A DNA stretch of 55,773 nucleotides from Candidatus Firestoneibacteriota bacterium (GTDB taxonomy: Bacteria; Oederibacteriota; D2-FULL-39-29; JBBTED01). Position 1 is the first letter of the stretch. Each line of letters starts with the position of its first letter. Position numbers and translations under genes: made by a program. Of this stretch, positions 30,055 to 40,315 are shown piece by piece. The notes below the pieces were generated by a model. That model saw only the letters and a program-made list of their open reading frames with translations. It had not been told where the DNA came from and did not search any database. The stretch lies in contig JBBTED010000087.1 of NCBI GenBank assembly GCA_038042445.1, forward strand, positions 1 through 55,773, in the 5' to 3' direction.

Positions 30055-31746
30055 TTATAATTCCATTTGCAAAAGATTTCTCATCCCAAGTTTCATTGGT
30101 ATATAACAAGTCAGAATACTAACAAATATTATCAACACAAAAATAAACCCCACATATCCAACATCAAATAAACTAAATGAAATCTTGTGCATATAATACA
30201 TTCTTACAGGTCCGGATTCTAATATTAGTATTAAAGTTATATATAGAATACTTGTAACCATATATAATAATCCCCCAAAACTTGTTGCTATTTCAGCAGG
30301 ATTATCAACATAAAATTTTGGATACATAGATCCAAGCCCAATACCAAGCGCAGTTAAAGTTATACTAAAAAGAAAAACTGTCCACAGTGAGATAATAGCC
30401 ATAAAAATATCTATTTTCATCAAATATACAGAACACAAAATCAAAACTTCTGCTAACACAAATAATATAAAAAAATTAATCCAGAATTTTTCCAGTAGAA
30501 ATTTTTTTACTGTAATTGGAGCTAATCTTACTAACCAATAACTTTTACCTTCCATACTTACTGATGAAAAAACAAATCTGGCACCAACAGCAGCTATAAT
30601 AAAACCAGAAAACCCCATATTCAAAAAGAAAATTAAATCTTTTAAGTATTTTGAATAAATATTTATAGGGAGTTTATCTAAAGGCAATGTGTGCATATTA
30701 AAAAGATAAATTATAACTATAGAAAAGAGTAAAAGAAGCTGTGGCCATTGCGTAGGATCTCTTCTGAAAATTTTTATATCTTTTACTAATAACACACGAG
30801 TAACTGAAGGCAAGAAATTAAATATTTTATCCCAATTTATTCTCTCAAGAAATGTGTTTTTTATTTTCACTTCATGTGTTTCCTGAGCATTACACCATGC
30901 AGGATAATAATTTTTTTTTGCAACTAATAATAGCATAAATACTACCATTATTGCACTACCCCACAATATACTATAGTAATAATAAAACTGTCCCCATTTC
31001 CTGTATAATGCAAAAATTGCTGCCTGAGATGCCCAATAACTTGGTAAATAAGGAGCAGTTGGGGCTTTTAATTCTGCAATATATTGCATAACCTCAACTA
31101 TCTCACTGGGATTTACAAGACGTTCCGGCTGAAGCAAACGAAATAAAACAACAACTATGCAAACAAAACCTATGGAAAGCAAAACAAATATATCTCTTGT
31201 TCTACGTGCTGGAAAAATACGCATTAAAAAAATAGTAAAAAACAATGCAATTGCTGTTGCTATTAAAAGAAATGGTATAAATATGGTAACTGCAACAGGA
31301 TAAAATATAAACTCTGCCTTACATACCATACCATAAGCTACAAATATAGGAATAGACATTATCAATATCATCCATGAACTATTAATAAGAGTTTCTAATC
31401 CCTTCATAGTAAAAGGAACGGACACAGGTATAGGATTTGCCATTAACAAATTAAGGTCTTCAGAAAGATATAACGTTGATATAGAAACTACTACATTTGA
31501 AAAAAGCAACATTGTAAAAAATGTTAGAAAAACCATTGATAACAATTTTGCGATTAAAATAGGACCAAAAAGTGGAACCTGATTAAAATAGGTAAGTATT
31601 CTAAAGAAGACAAAATTTATACTTGCAAGAAAAAAAAATCCCAATACAAAAAATAAAAAATATTTTAATAAACCGGATTTCGTGCTTTTTTTTGTAGAGT
31701 GAAACAGTATTCTCAAACGTGTATTTATAACAATCCATAATTTCAT
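30055..31746 (-). CDS. Putative ABC transporter permease (large polytopic)
   Basis: Many TM segments; LYLSEDLNLL..P, KDIKIFRRD, SMEGKSYW; coupled to the upstream ATPase. Confidence 0.8.
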   Translation of the reverse strand: MKLWIVINTRLRILFHSTKKSTKSGLLKYFLFFVLGFFFLASINFVFFRILTYFNQVPLFGPILIAKLLSMVFLTFFTMLLFSNVVVSISTLYLSEDLNLLMANPIPVSVPFTMKGLETLINSSWMILIMSIPIFVAYGMVCKAEFIFYPVAVTIFIPFLLIATAIALFFTIFLMRIFPARRTRDIFVLLSIGFVCIVVVLFRLLQPERLVNPSEIVEVMQYIAELKAPTAPYLPSYWASQAAIFALYRKWGQFYYYYSILWGSAIMVVFMLLLVAKKNYYPAWCNAQETHEVKIKNTFLERINWDKIFNFLPSVTRVLLVKDIKIFRRDPTQWPQLLLLFSIVIIYLFNMHTLPLDKLPINIYSKYLKDLIFFLNMGFSGFIIAAVGARFVFSSVSMEGKSYWLVRLAPITVKKFLLEKFWINFFILFVLAEVLILCSVYLMKIDIFMAIISLWTVFLFSITLTALGIGLGSMYPKFYVDNPAEIATSFGGLLYMVTSILYITLILILESGPVRMYYMHKISFSLFDVGYVGFIFVLIIFVSILTCYIPMKLGMRNLLQMEL

Positions 31747-32498
31747 ATAACTTTAATTATTTCTGTTAAATCAGTTGCACCTGTAAGTTTTAAAAAAATG
31801 TCTTCCAAATCTTTTTCCGTTGTTTTTGAAAGCATTCGTAATTCTTCCATCGTGCCCAGTGCTATTAATTTACCGTTTTGTATTATTCCAATACGGTTAC
31901 ATAATTTTTCAACTAATTCCAAACTATGAGTAGATACAAACAAAGTTATTCCACTTTTTGCTAAATTCTGGAATATACTTTTAACTAATCTTGCACTCTT
32001 TGGGTCTAATCCAACCATTGGCTCATCAATTATCAACACTTTTGGATTATGTAAAAGCGAAGCAATCATAACAACTTTTTGTTTCATTCCATGAGAATAT
32101 GCTTCAATAAGCTCATCACCCCAATCCTTGAGTTCGAATAATTCTAAAAATTCTTCAATTCGCAAACTTGTAGCTTTGTTATTTATTCCATACATCCCGG
32201 CTATGAAATTTAAAAATTCTCTACCAGTAAGTTTTTCATAAACAAATGGCCTATCTGGTATAAATCCGATTATTTTCTTTGCAGCAATTGGATCAATTTG
32301 TATATCGTATCCATCAATTAATACCTTGCCTTCATTTGGAATTAAAAGACCAGTCAGCATTTTTATAGTAGTAGTTTTACCTGCACCATTTGGCCCTAAA
32401 AATCCAAACATCTCTCCACTTTCAACACAAAGATCCAAATGGTCTACTGCCACTACTTTACCAAATTTTTTTGTAAGCCCAATTGTCTGTATCATCAA
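31743..32498 (-). CDS. ABC transporter ATP-binding protein
   Basis: GPNGAGKTT, YSHGMKQK, IIDEP, STH. Confidence 0.92.
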   Translation of the reverse strand: MMIQTIGLTKKFGKVVAVDHLDLCVESGEMFGFLGPNGAGKTTTIKMLTGLLIPNEGKVLIDGYDIQIDPIAAKKIIGFIPDRPFVYEKLTGREFLNFIAGMYGINNKATSLRIEEFLELFELKDWGDELIEAYSHGMKQKVVMIASLLHNPKVLIIDEPMVGLDPKSARLVKSIFQNLAKSGITLFVSTHSLELVEKLCNRIGIIQNGKLIALGTMEELRMLSKTTEKDLEDIFLKLTGATDLTEIIKVI

Positions 32499-32893
32499 AT
32501 TCCAGTTTTTAAGAATTGATTTGCTGTTAATATTTTGATTCCCATATATTCTCCAACACCTATTAGCAATTTATCTCCTGTTATAATAACATTGGCATTT
32601 AATGCAATTGCACATTCTATAAATTTATCATCATCTGGATCTTTAACAATTCTTATTTTAGGCGTCTTTGTTGTAAAAACCATATTAAACCCTTTAGCAA
32701 AAACAGAAAGCAGTTTATTAAGTTCTTCTTTATCCTGCAAACCAATTCTTTGTAAAACCTCTATATATTCATCAAGAATATCCTTTGACAAACAAAGTGT
32801 TATTTTTTCTTTCTTCCATAGATCTATTATTTCTTTAGGATAACCTCCAAAAAAAGATGAAACAAATATATTTGTATCAATTACTACTCGCAT
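32495..32893 (-). CDS. PIN-domain (VapC-like) toxin
   Basis: MRVVIDTNIFVS, EY.EVL, DPDDDKFIECA, IITGD. Confidence 0.88.
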   Translation of the reverse strand: MRVVIDTNIFVSSFFGGYPKEIIDLWKKEKITLCLSKDILDEYIEVLQRIGLQDKEELNKLLSVFAKGFNMVFTTKTPKIRIVKDPDDDKFIECAIALNANVIITGDKLLIGVGEYMGIKILTANQFLKTGI

Positions 32894-33137
32894 GTCGCTT
32901 TTTCCTTACCTCCTTTATTGCAAAATCTATATCAGTAACTTTTGCACCTTGGGATTGTAATTTTTTCCCAATTTTCTCCCAAATATTATCAATATATGTA
33001 CTAATATCCCGTTCGTTTATATAATTTTCAATAAGCTCGCGCAACATTTTACTTCTGGTTTTTCCTTCTGTCATAGCAAGTCTATTAAGTCTATCTTTAG
33101 TATTTGAATCTATTCTTATAATCATCTGTGTAGTCAT
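32877..33137 (-). CDS. Ribbon-helix-helix (CopG-like) antitoxin
   Basis: QMIIRID..K.RL..LA..EGKTRS..LRELI; overlaps the toxin start; AGGAGG RBS. Confidence 0.82.
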   Translation of the reverse strand: MTTQMIIRIDSNTKDRLNRLAMTEGKTRSKMLRELIENYINERDISTYIDNIWEKIGKKLQSQGAKVTDIDFAIKEVRKKRHASSN

Positions 33138-33192
33138 AGTATCACCTCCTGAATTTCAGTAAACTGTTGTATTTTTTTCCATTTAACTAACA

Positions 33193-33235
33193 TATATCAT
33201 GTATATATTGTATATCATTTATATCAATCTGTCAA
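33193..33235 (-). promoter_or_regulatory. Sigma70 promoter overlapped by four 9-bp direct repeats (probable RHH operator)
   Basis: TTGACA-17-TACAAT; plus-strand repeats TATATCATG / TATATATTG / TATATCATT / TATATCAAT at 33193, 33202, 33211 and 33220. Confidence 0.7.
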
Positions 33236-33341
33236 TATTATTGTACGATTTTCTGTGATTCAGATAGTAACTAGTTTTTTTGAACCCTTTCACCTATAAC
33301 CCCATATAATATGGAAAATTATAAAAATAATTTATTATATC

Positions 33342-34127
33342 TTAATTGTTTTTCAAAATACTATTAATTTTCGGTTTTAATCTTTCTATTCCTTCATTAT
33401 GTACTTTTGACCACTTTTCATTATTTCTCATTAATATACCCGGATGAACCATATGTATTATTTTATATTTTCTATTGTTTATAGTTATTTCTTTTATTTC
33501 ATATTTTTTTAATAAATCATTTCTTTTATTGTTACCTTTTACTTTTCCTATAATACCTGCCACTTCATTACCTAATGTTATAATAATTTTGGGTTCTGCG
33601 ATTTCTATTTCTTTATCTAACCAACATAAACTTTTTTGTGCATACTGTTCGAAATTAGCTCTTTCTGAAATACTATCTAATTCATTTTCATAATGACCTT
33701 TTTTAAATAAAAAAACTTTAACAAGATTTGTGATCCAACATTTATTTCGTAAAATACCCAATGGTTTTAGATATTTTTCCTCCAATTCTTCGCCACTTTT
33801 ATTTCTATTTTTGACACCATCTTTTATATATATTTCATCATCAAAAGGTTTTTTCAAATTGTCGATTGGTATAGTTTTTTTACCATCTCTATCAAATTTT
33901 GCCGAAGGATAAGCTCCAACAATAAAAACTCCATTCTTTGTAGTCTCTACTGGTGGCAACGGTTCAACTTGCTTTCCATTAGAAAAAGAATAATTTTCTG
34001 GTAATCCAATACTATTACAATAGTTTTTTATTACATCCTTTTTGTACTGTTCTAAACTATATTTTTCTGCCATAATAATATTTTCTCCTATCAATATTAA
34101 AATAAAACTAATTATACACTTTTTCAT
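33342..34127 (-). CDS. Atypical uracil-DNA-glycosylase-superfamily protein (true start may be 34073)
   Basis: VFIVGAYPS, SG..L..LG..CWITNLVK, EI.I.EPKIIITLG..A, HMVHPG; AGGAG upstream of MAEKYS. Confidence 0.7.
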   Translation of the reverse strand: MKKCIISFILILIGENIIMAEKYSLEQYKKDVIKNYCNSIGLPENYSFSNGKQVEPLPPVETTKNGVFIVGAYPSAKFDRDGKKTIPIDNLKKPFDDEIYIKDGVKNRNKSGEELEEKYLKPLGILRNKCWITNLVKVFLFKKGHYENELDSISERANFEQYAQKSLCWLDKEIEIAEPKIIITLGNEVAGIIGKVKGNNKRNDLLKKYEIKEITINNRKYKIIHMVHPGILMRNNEKWSKVHNEGIERLKPKINSILKNN

Positions 34128-34307
34128 TTGCTATTCTTTCTGCATCTGCCAATGGTATTTTATGACCTCCATATTTTTTCTCTCCTTTCAAATGCTTAAC
34201 CAATAAACCTACGGTTAAATTAGATTTTTCAAGGTCTCCTGTAAATTTCCAGATATAAGACATTTAGATTAACCTGATGTTATTATAAATCGACTTATAC
34301 GTACTTA

Positions 34308-35075
34308 TTAGTTTTTATCAAAATAAATTTTTCCTGTCTCTTTATTAGTAACAATAATCCTTACTTTGTCAGATTTAAGCAAAATCTTCTTGATATTATA
34401 CCAATTATAAGTAGCAATGTTCATATATTTGTATGTTATCGTTTCTTTGCCAGAAGGTGTAAATAAAAAATAAACATCAATTTTTTCCCTGTTTTCTTCT
34501 ATCTCTAATCCAGATGTCTCATTTATTGGTAAAAATAATTTTTCATCATTATAACCTTTTCCAAAATAAATATTAGTTATTTGTTTAGATGGTAACGATT
34601 TAAACAAAATATGGACAACATCAATAGAAGAAAGAGCTGCAGCATAACTTAATTGTGAACTTGATTCACTGACTGGGATTGATTTTGGTGGTCTTGTTTC
34701 CGTCAGCATACCCCAATTTTGTCCCAATGTAATGTTAAAACCTTTATATTTAATATCATAGTCAACCTTTTCAAACTTTCCTTCAACTCTTATATAGTAA
34801 GTTGCCTTTAACATTTCTGTCCTCATTTTCTTAAGTTCTTGCAGATAATTCTCATGCTGTGGAGTTTTCTTAAATACTTCTCTTTTTAATTCTGTATCAC
34901 AATCATCTATATTATAATAATTAAAAACATCTAAATTATAAATTAAATACAGTTCTTCCGGTACTTCTTTTAAGTTCTCTATAATCTCAAAAATTGTTTG
35001 CGAGGAAATTGCTGCATGTGTAAGATTTGCCAATAAAAACATAACTGCTATCAAATAAATTTTTAGCATCTTCAT
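34308..35075 (-). CDS. Hypothetical exported protein
   Basis: 255-aa ORF with a signal peptide (MKMLKIYLIAVMFLLANLTHA); no family recognised. Confidence 0.65.
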   Translation of the reverse strand: MKMLKIYLIAVMFLLANLTHAAISSQTIFEIIENLKEVPEELYLIYNLDVFNYYNIDDCDTELKREVFKKTPQHENYLQELKKMRTEMLKATYYIRVEGKFEKVDYDIKYKGFNITLGQNWGMLTETRPPKSIPVSESSSQLSYAAALSSIDVVHILFKSLPSKQITNIYFGKGYNDEKLFLPINETSGLEIEENREKIDVYFLFTPSGKETITYKYMNIATYNWYNIKKILLKSDKVRIIVTNKETGKIYFDKN

Positions 35076-35285
35076 TTTATATCAATTTATTTTTTATAAT
35101 ATTGTAAGTTCCTTTTATTATTATATATATACTTATTCACTTTTTTAACTTTATTTCCTGTATATTTAGTTGAAAATTATAATCACCTAAAAAGATATCT
35201 TCGCATTTCTTAAATAAATTTTTTGGGGCTTTTCTTTATTCCCATTTACATCATCAATAATATCAACAGTATCAGCCATAATCAC

Positions 35286-35771
35286 CTATCGTATTAACCC
35301 ATCTTTATGACCAAAAAGATTTAAATATTTATTCATCAAATCTTGTAGCGTATTAATTTCTCTAAATATTTCAGTAGCATATTCCTTGTCATCACCATCC
35401 AATATAAATACAAATTTCATATAACCATTTAATGTTTTTTTATTTTCTACACCACTATAATAAACATATCTTACCTCACCATCAAAAATCCCTGTCATTA
35501 ACGCAAGTATATGTCTATCATCACCATTAAAACCATCATCAAAAACCTTTGCTCTATAAGTAACTAACTTCTGTTTAGAATGAGCACCCCACCGATAGGA
35601 TAACTTTGCTTTTGAATTCAAAATAGAATCTGAAATACTATCTTTATTATACCATACTTCATAAGGAAACAAAGCCACATCAGTCTCCCCAGTAATCTTA
35701 GTAACAGATAATGCAAAAGACTGCGGTATGCCTAAAAACAACAAAATTAATAACATTATTATACGAAACAT
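35286..35771 (-). CDS. Hypothetical exported protein
   Basis: AGGAGG RBS; signal peptide ending SFA; no family recognised. Confidence 0.65.
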   Translation of the reverse strand: MFRIIMLLILLFLGIPQSFALSVTKITGETDVALFPYEVWYNKDSISDSILNSKAKLSYRWGAHSKQKLVTYRAKVFDDGFNGDDRHILALMTGIFDGEVRYVYYSGVENKKTLNGYMKFVFILDGDDKEYATEIFREINTLQDLMNKYLNLFGHKDGLIR

Positions 35772-35819
35772 ATTTCCTCCTAATTAGATTCTTTTAATTT
35801 TAAAAATAATTTATTTAAA

Positions 35820-36069
35820 TAATCCGCTTTCCATTTTATTTGTGCTTCACAATAAACCCTATAGCATTACAATCCATTAATTTCAAAAGATTCGCCATTT
35901 GTCTTTTTAAATTGTTCTATAGTGATACAATGATCAAACAAATTTTGGAAGGTTTCTCTTGCTTTTTTTCATTTGGAATAGAATTAAATACGCATCCTGA
36001 TATTAAAATCCATATAAAGATTAAAAATATATTTATTTTTCTTATTAAATCTTCTTCTACTTTTGCCAT
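35820..36069 (-). pseudogene. Decayed lipoprotein gene
   Basis: MAKV..IFIWILISGC (lipobox). After a frameshift in an A-run it continues ARETFQNLFDHCITIEQFKKTNGESFEINGL*CYRVYCEAQIK. Confidence 0.45.
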
Positions 36070-36131
36070 TTTAATTTTTCTCTATTTCAAATGTTATCAT
36101 TTATTTTAATATAAATAAAATGTGTTCAATT

Positions 36132-36953
36132 TTATTGTATGTTTTGTGGTTGTTCTTCTTTAATTATACGTTTGGCACCTAAAAATCTACTTAGGTAATA
36201 AGAATCGGATATTTTCGCGATAACAACTCTTCTATCAGTTGAAGACGCATGGATAAAATTATTTTTTCCTAAATAAATACCTACATGGGTTGCATACGGA
36301 GCCCGTGTGGCGAAAAACAAAAGATCTCCAGGTTTTAATCCATCTGCAAGTTCTCCAACTTCAAATTGAGCTCTTGCTGTTCTTGGCAATAATATATCGA
36401 CTGATTTATACGCCTCACGAACAAGAGCAGAACAATCAATTGCTTTAAAACTTTCTCTTCCAAATTTATAACGCACACCAAGATATTTTAAAGCAGTTGT
36501 CACTACATTTTTAATTCTTTCATCACCTGCTATTTCTTCTTCATTATAAGAATCAGGAGGAAATTTAGCCGGTTTTATAGAAAATTTTCGTGAAGAACTC
36601 ATTATTAATACCTGTTTAGGACGAATTGTAGAATTTTTAAAATGATTAAGAATCATTATTCTTTTAACAGTGGTTTTATATTTTTTCGCAATACCACTTA
36701 ATGTCTCACCTGGTCTAACAGTATGACGTATTCCACTTTTTGAAATCACAGTTATGACTGCACCAGTATTTTTAGTCGTAGAAGTAGTATTTTTTAAAGA
36801 ATTACCTGTTAATTCTTGTGCCTTTTTGGAATCAGCAACTGAAAGCGCTATTCCCGTTTGGGGAATTGATGCAATCATTCCTGTATTTAACAACAGCTCT
36901 GCAAATACAAGCTGACTGCTAAACAAAAAAATCAATGCTATAAATTTAAACAT
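36132..36953 (-). CDS. LysM + NlpC/P60 peptidoglycan endopeptidase
   Basis: Start MFKFIALIF preferred because the longer N-terminus is repeat-derived. HTVRPGETLSGIAKKY; YLGVRYKFG..IDCSA..LPRTA..HVGIY..FIHASS. Confidence 0.88.
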   Translation of the reverse strand: MFKFIALIFLFSSQLVFAELLLNTGMIASIPQTGIALSVADSKKAQELTGNSLKNTTSTTKNTGAVITVISKSGIRHTVRPGETLSGIAKKYKTTVKRIMILNHFKNSTIRPKQVLIMSSSRKFSIKPAKFPPDSYNEEEIAGDERIKNVVTTALKYLGVRYKFGRESFKAIDCSALVREAYKSVDILLPRTARAQFEVGELADGLKPGDLLFFATRAPYATHVGIYLGKNNFIHASSTDRRVVIAKISDSYYLSRFLGAKRIIKEEQPQNIQ

Positions 36954-36968
36954 AAATATATATTTAAA

Positions 36969-37030
36969 AATCCCCTTTAATCCCCCTTCCCCGCTTAAAG
37001 ATTGCGAGGACAAGCTTTCAAAGGGGAAAC
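36969..37030. repeat. CCCCTTT-hairpin repeat with a nested GGACAAGC-type insert
   Basis: AATCCCCTTTAATCCCCCTT[CCCGCTTAAAGATTGCGAGGACAAGC]TTTCAAAGGGG; the insert end matches GCTTGTCC at 17442 in reverse. Confidence 0.6.
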
Positions 37031-37033
37031 ACA

Positions 37034-38971
37034 TTACTTTAACGCTGCACTCACTGTTGGAAAAAGTGACAGATCAGTATGAGGCAGAAAAAGTGCAGAC
37101 ATATATTCATCCATATATTGTGGAACACTTGAAAGCTCAAAACTTGTCATCTTCTGAGCAATCTCAGAAGCTTCTTCATAATTTTCCATAGAAAGCAAAC
37201 ACATTCTGGCACCTGCTATTGAACTATTTCCTATAAATTTATATTTTTCACGTGGAATATCAGGAAGCAACCCAAAAAAAATTGCTTTTTCAATATTAAG
37301 ATGACTTCCGAATGCTCCTGATATATAAAAATGCTTAACATCATTAAAACCCAAGCCCATACTTCTGACTAAAATTGCTGTGCCGGAATATATAGCTCCT
37401 TTTGCTCTTATTAAATTATCTATATCAGTTTCACTTATAACAATATCTTCGTTTGTATCTGTTTCCTCTTTAAATACAAGCACAAATTCAGCAATATTGT
37501 CTTCATTTATCCGAATGCGATTTGTATTTAAAGAACGTTTTATTTTTCCAGACCGTTCTACTACACCAACCTTTAAAAATTCAGCTAAAATATCAATTAA
37601 AGCTGACCCGCAAATCCCATGTGGCTTACCATTGCCAATTACTGCATATTGGACATCAAAATCTTTAGATATTTCTACAGTCTGAATAGCACCTAACCTA
37701 GCACGCATACCACACTTCATACCACTTCCTTCAAAAGCCGGGCCTGATGAACAAGCAGCGCAAACAGTCCAATCCTTATTTCCAAGAACTATCTCGCCAT
37801 TTGTTCCCATATCTATCAAAACAGATAAATCCGATGATTTATTAATACCTGCCGCTAAAACTCCTGCAGTCATATCCCCACCTACATAGCTCGCAACTGC
37901 CGGCACACATGATAATAAACCCCGTGGATTAATCTTTATGCCAACTTCTGAAGCTCTTATTACAGGAACGAAAGATGCAGTAGGAACATACGGCTCTTTT
38001 CTTATATATTGTGGATCTATTTTAAGTAACAAGTGAGTCATTGTTGTATTTCCCGCACAAAGAACAGCTGCAACATCACTTAAGCGAATGTTATTCTCAG
38101 TTACAAGTGAAGCGATTAAACTATTTATATTTTCAACTATTGCAGCATTCAATTTTTCAAGCCCATCTTTTTCACTTGCATAAACTATTCTTGTTATAAC
38201 ATCATCTCCATAAGTAATTTGCTTATTGTATGTACCTTTTGCTCCAAGTGTTTCCTGAGTATTCAAATCAATTAAATGCGCTACTACAGTTGTAGTTCCA
38301 ATATCCACTGCAATCCCAAAATTATTTTTTGATGTATCACCAGCTTCTATCTGAACAATTTCTGTTGTTTCATTTCTCTTGCCCAACGTTACAGTAACAT
38401 CCCAATTTGAAGAACGAAGTAAAGCACTAAGATTTTTTATATTAGTTAGGCCTGTTTGCATTATTGGTATACTTCTGCCTTTTCTTAACTCACGATATAA
38501 ACGTGTTAGATCACTTACATTGTCTTTTAAATCTGGTGAAGGTAACTTTAAAAATAATTTTGTTGCAAGCGCGCTATGTATAAATATTTCTTTTTCTTCA
38601 AGTTCTTTTGATCTGTCTACTTCTGCAATAGGACTATAAGCAAATTTATTTTCTACACCTTCTATTACTATCTGTGCACCTTCAAAAGTAGACTCTGCTG
38701 GAATTTCAACTTCAAGATCACTATTAATTATAGCTTTACACGCAAGCACAAACCCTCGCTGAATCTCACCTCTTGTTAATAAAACAGTAGCTTCAGCAGA
38801 AACAGCTCCTTCTCGGACAACTACTTTGCATTTACCACAAATGCCATCTCCACCACATACGCTATTTATCTCTATACCTGCTTTACGCGCCACTTCAAGA
38901 AGATTATCACCCTTACTTGCCTTTACGATTTTAGGCCCTGGATAAAAAGTAACCTTACAATCAATTTGCAT
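37034..38971 (-). CDS. RACo/AcsV-type reductive activator of corrinoid proteins (2Fe-2S + ASKHA ATPase)
   Basis: CGGDGICGKC..LAC; DIGTTT; GNTTM; YVGGD; DMGTNGE; GPAFEG; GICGS. Confidence 0.9.
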   Translation of the reverse strand: MQIDCKVTFYPGPKIVKASKGDNLLEVARKAGIEINSVCGGDGICGKCKVVVREGAVSAEATVLLTRGEIQRGFVLACKAIINSDLEVEIPAESTFEGAQIVIEGVENKFAYSPIAEVDRSKELEEKEIFIHSALATKLFLKLPSPDLKDNVSDLTRLYRELRKGRSIPIMQTGLTNIKNLSALLRSSNWDVTVTLGKRNETTEIVQIEAGDTSKNNFGIAVDIGTTTVVAHLIDLNTQETLGAKGTYNKQITYGDDVITRIVYASEKDGLEKLNAAIVENINSLIASLVTENNIRLSDVAAVLCAGNTTMTHLLLKIDPQYIRKEPYVPTASFVPVIRASEVGIKINPRGLLSCVPAVASYVGGDMTAGVLAAGINKSSDLSVLIDMGTNGEIVLGNKDWTVCAACSSGPAFEGSGMKCGMRARLGAIQTVEISKDFDVQYAVIGNGKPHGICGSALIDILAEFLKVGVVERSGKIKRSLNTNRIRINEDNIAEFVLVFKEETDTNEDIVISETDIDNLIRAKGAIYSGTAILVRSMGLGFNDVKHFYISGAFGSHLNIEKAIFFGLLPDIPREKYKFIGNSSIAGARMCLLSMENYEEASEIAQKMTSFELSSVPQYMDEYMSALFLPHTDLSLFPTVSAALK

Positions 38972-38977
38972 TTTTAA

Positions 38978-40315
38978 TTATTTCCACACTGTTTTGAGAA
39001 AATTTGGAATTCCTGATGCTTCCCTTGGACCAACAAGCACTTCACATCCCAAATCTTCCTGTAATTTTCCTGAAAGAACAGCTACTCCACCAGGAATTAT
39101 TATTTTATTATGCTTAACTTTTTCTGCTATATTGTAAGTTTTCATTGCTTTTGTTATTTTTTCAGAATTAAATTTATCTGCAGCCCAAGCAGTTAAAACT
39201 GAAGTCCCATCAGTATCAACTACCACAATATAAGATGGCACCCTACTTCCTTCAACCTCTGATTCTACTGTAAAATATGTAAGAGAAAAATTAGTTGTTA
39301 TCAAAACAGGAGAATTTTCTGTAACATTACCTACAGTATATAGCTTTGCTTCTACCTGTATTGGCTTTTGAGGATCCGTATAAATATTTTGCCTCAGTGT
39401 AACTAATGCTAAAAGCTGCCAATTTTCCACACATTTTAGAACAACAATACCTGCATATTTACAAATATACGTAGTTGCTTCCACTAATTCTCCATAGCAA
39501 TCACTATCCGAAGTAAATGCAATAGTAGAATAACCTAATGCTCTAAAATTCTTCTTTAACGCCAATCTTCTAATTTGAACCTGATCAGTCAACCCTGCCA
39601 AAATACCACTTGGACTTGAATCTAATACTAAATCTGAAATTCCTGCTAATGTTACAGTTCCAGTTAAATTAGCTAATTCATCTAAATTTTTACCGCGAAC
39701 AACAAGAGGACAGGAATATTGCTTTGCAATAGCAATAATATCCTGAACATTTTCAGAAGTAGCAGCATATATCAACGGTTTTTTATCTGCACAAATTTTT
39801 AATGCAGCATTTAAAGCATCTTTATTAAAACTCACAAGAATTAATGCCAATTGTGATAATTCCTGAGCAATTTTTACTGCATTTGCGAATTTTTCAGGAC
39901 TTCCTGAAACTTCACGAATTGCAATAATATTCACTTTTAATAATTGAGCCACTCTTTCAAATTTTAAATTGTTTATCTGATTAATTTTTGTCTTTAATTC
40001 ATCATCACTTAAATTATCTGAAACTTCTATAGCTAATCCTGTTTGATGAAAAAATGTCTGCTCATGCCTAAACAACACTGTTTCATTACCTATTTCAACC
40101 TTATTTTCACCAACTCCAATTGTTACAAGTTTAATTGGTGGCGCAGATGCAGCGCCAAGTGCAGCCTTTGCTTGTGCTGATACATCAGGACATTCATCCA
40201 AAGATGCCTTTTTAGAAGCAAGCCGCATTGCAAAAGCCAAACAAGTTGGAGAACTACATTTACCACAATTTGTTTTAGGTAATAATTTAAAAATTTCAAG
40301 TCCTGTTAATGCCAT
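38978..40315 (-). CDS. acsC: Corrinoid iron-sulfur protein large (gamma) subunit
   Basis: MALTGLEIFKLLPKTNCGKC..PTCLAFAM..CP; TVLFRHE; RQNIYTDPQKP; TTNFSLTYF; SVLTAWAA. Confidence 0.95.
   Translation of the reverse strand: MALTGLEIFKLLPKTNCGKCSSPTCLAFAMRLASKKASLDECPDVSAQAKAALGAASAPPIKLVTIGVGENKVEIGNETVLFRHEQTFFHQTGLAIEVSDNLSDDELKTKINQINNLKFERVAQLLKVNIIAIREVSGSPEKFANAVKIAQELSQLALILVSFNKDALNAALKICADKKPLIYAATSENVQDIIAIAKQYSCPLVVRGKNLDELANLTGTVTLAGISDLVLDSSPSGILAGLTDQVQIRRLALKKNFRALGYSTIAFTSDSDCYGELVEATTYICKYAGIVVLKCVENWQLLALVTLRQNIYTDPQKPIQVEAKLYTVGNVTENSPVLITTNFSLTYFTVESEVEGSRVPSYIVVVDTDGTSVLTAWAADKFNSEKITKAMKTYNIAEKVKHNKIIIPGGVAVLSGKLQEDLGCEVLVGPREASGIPNFLKTVWK

Noticed and set aside
30053..30109. 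First 19 codons of the 1742-aa ORF
   Set aside because: They overlap the permease gene; the ATG at 30052 gives a proper signal peptide.
36954..37034. N-terminal extension of the LysM/NlpC ORF as a third in-frame repeat insertion
   Set aside because: It is repeat-derived, and a signal-peptide start at 36953 is more plausible, so the repeat is probably intergenic.
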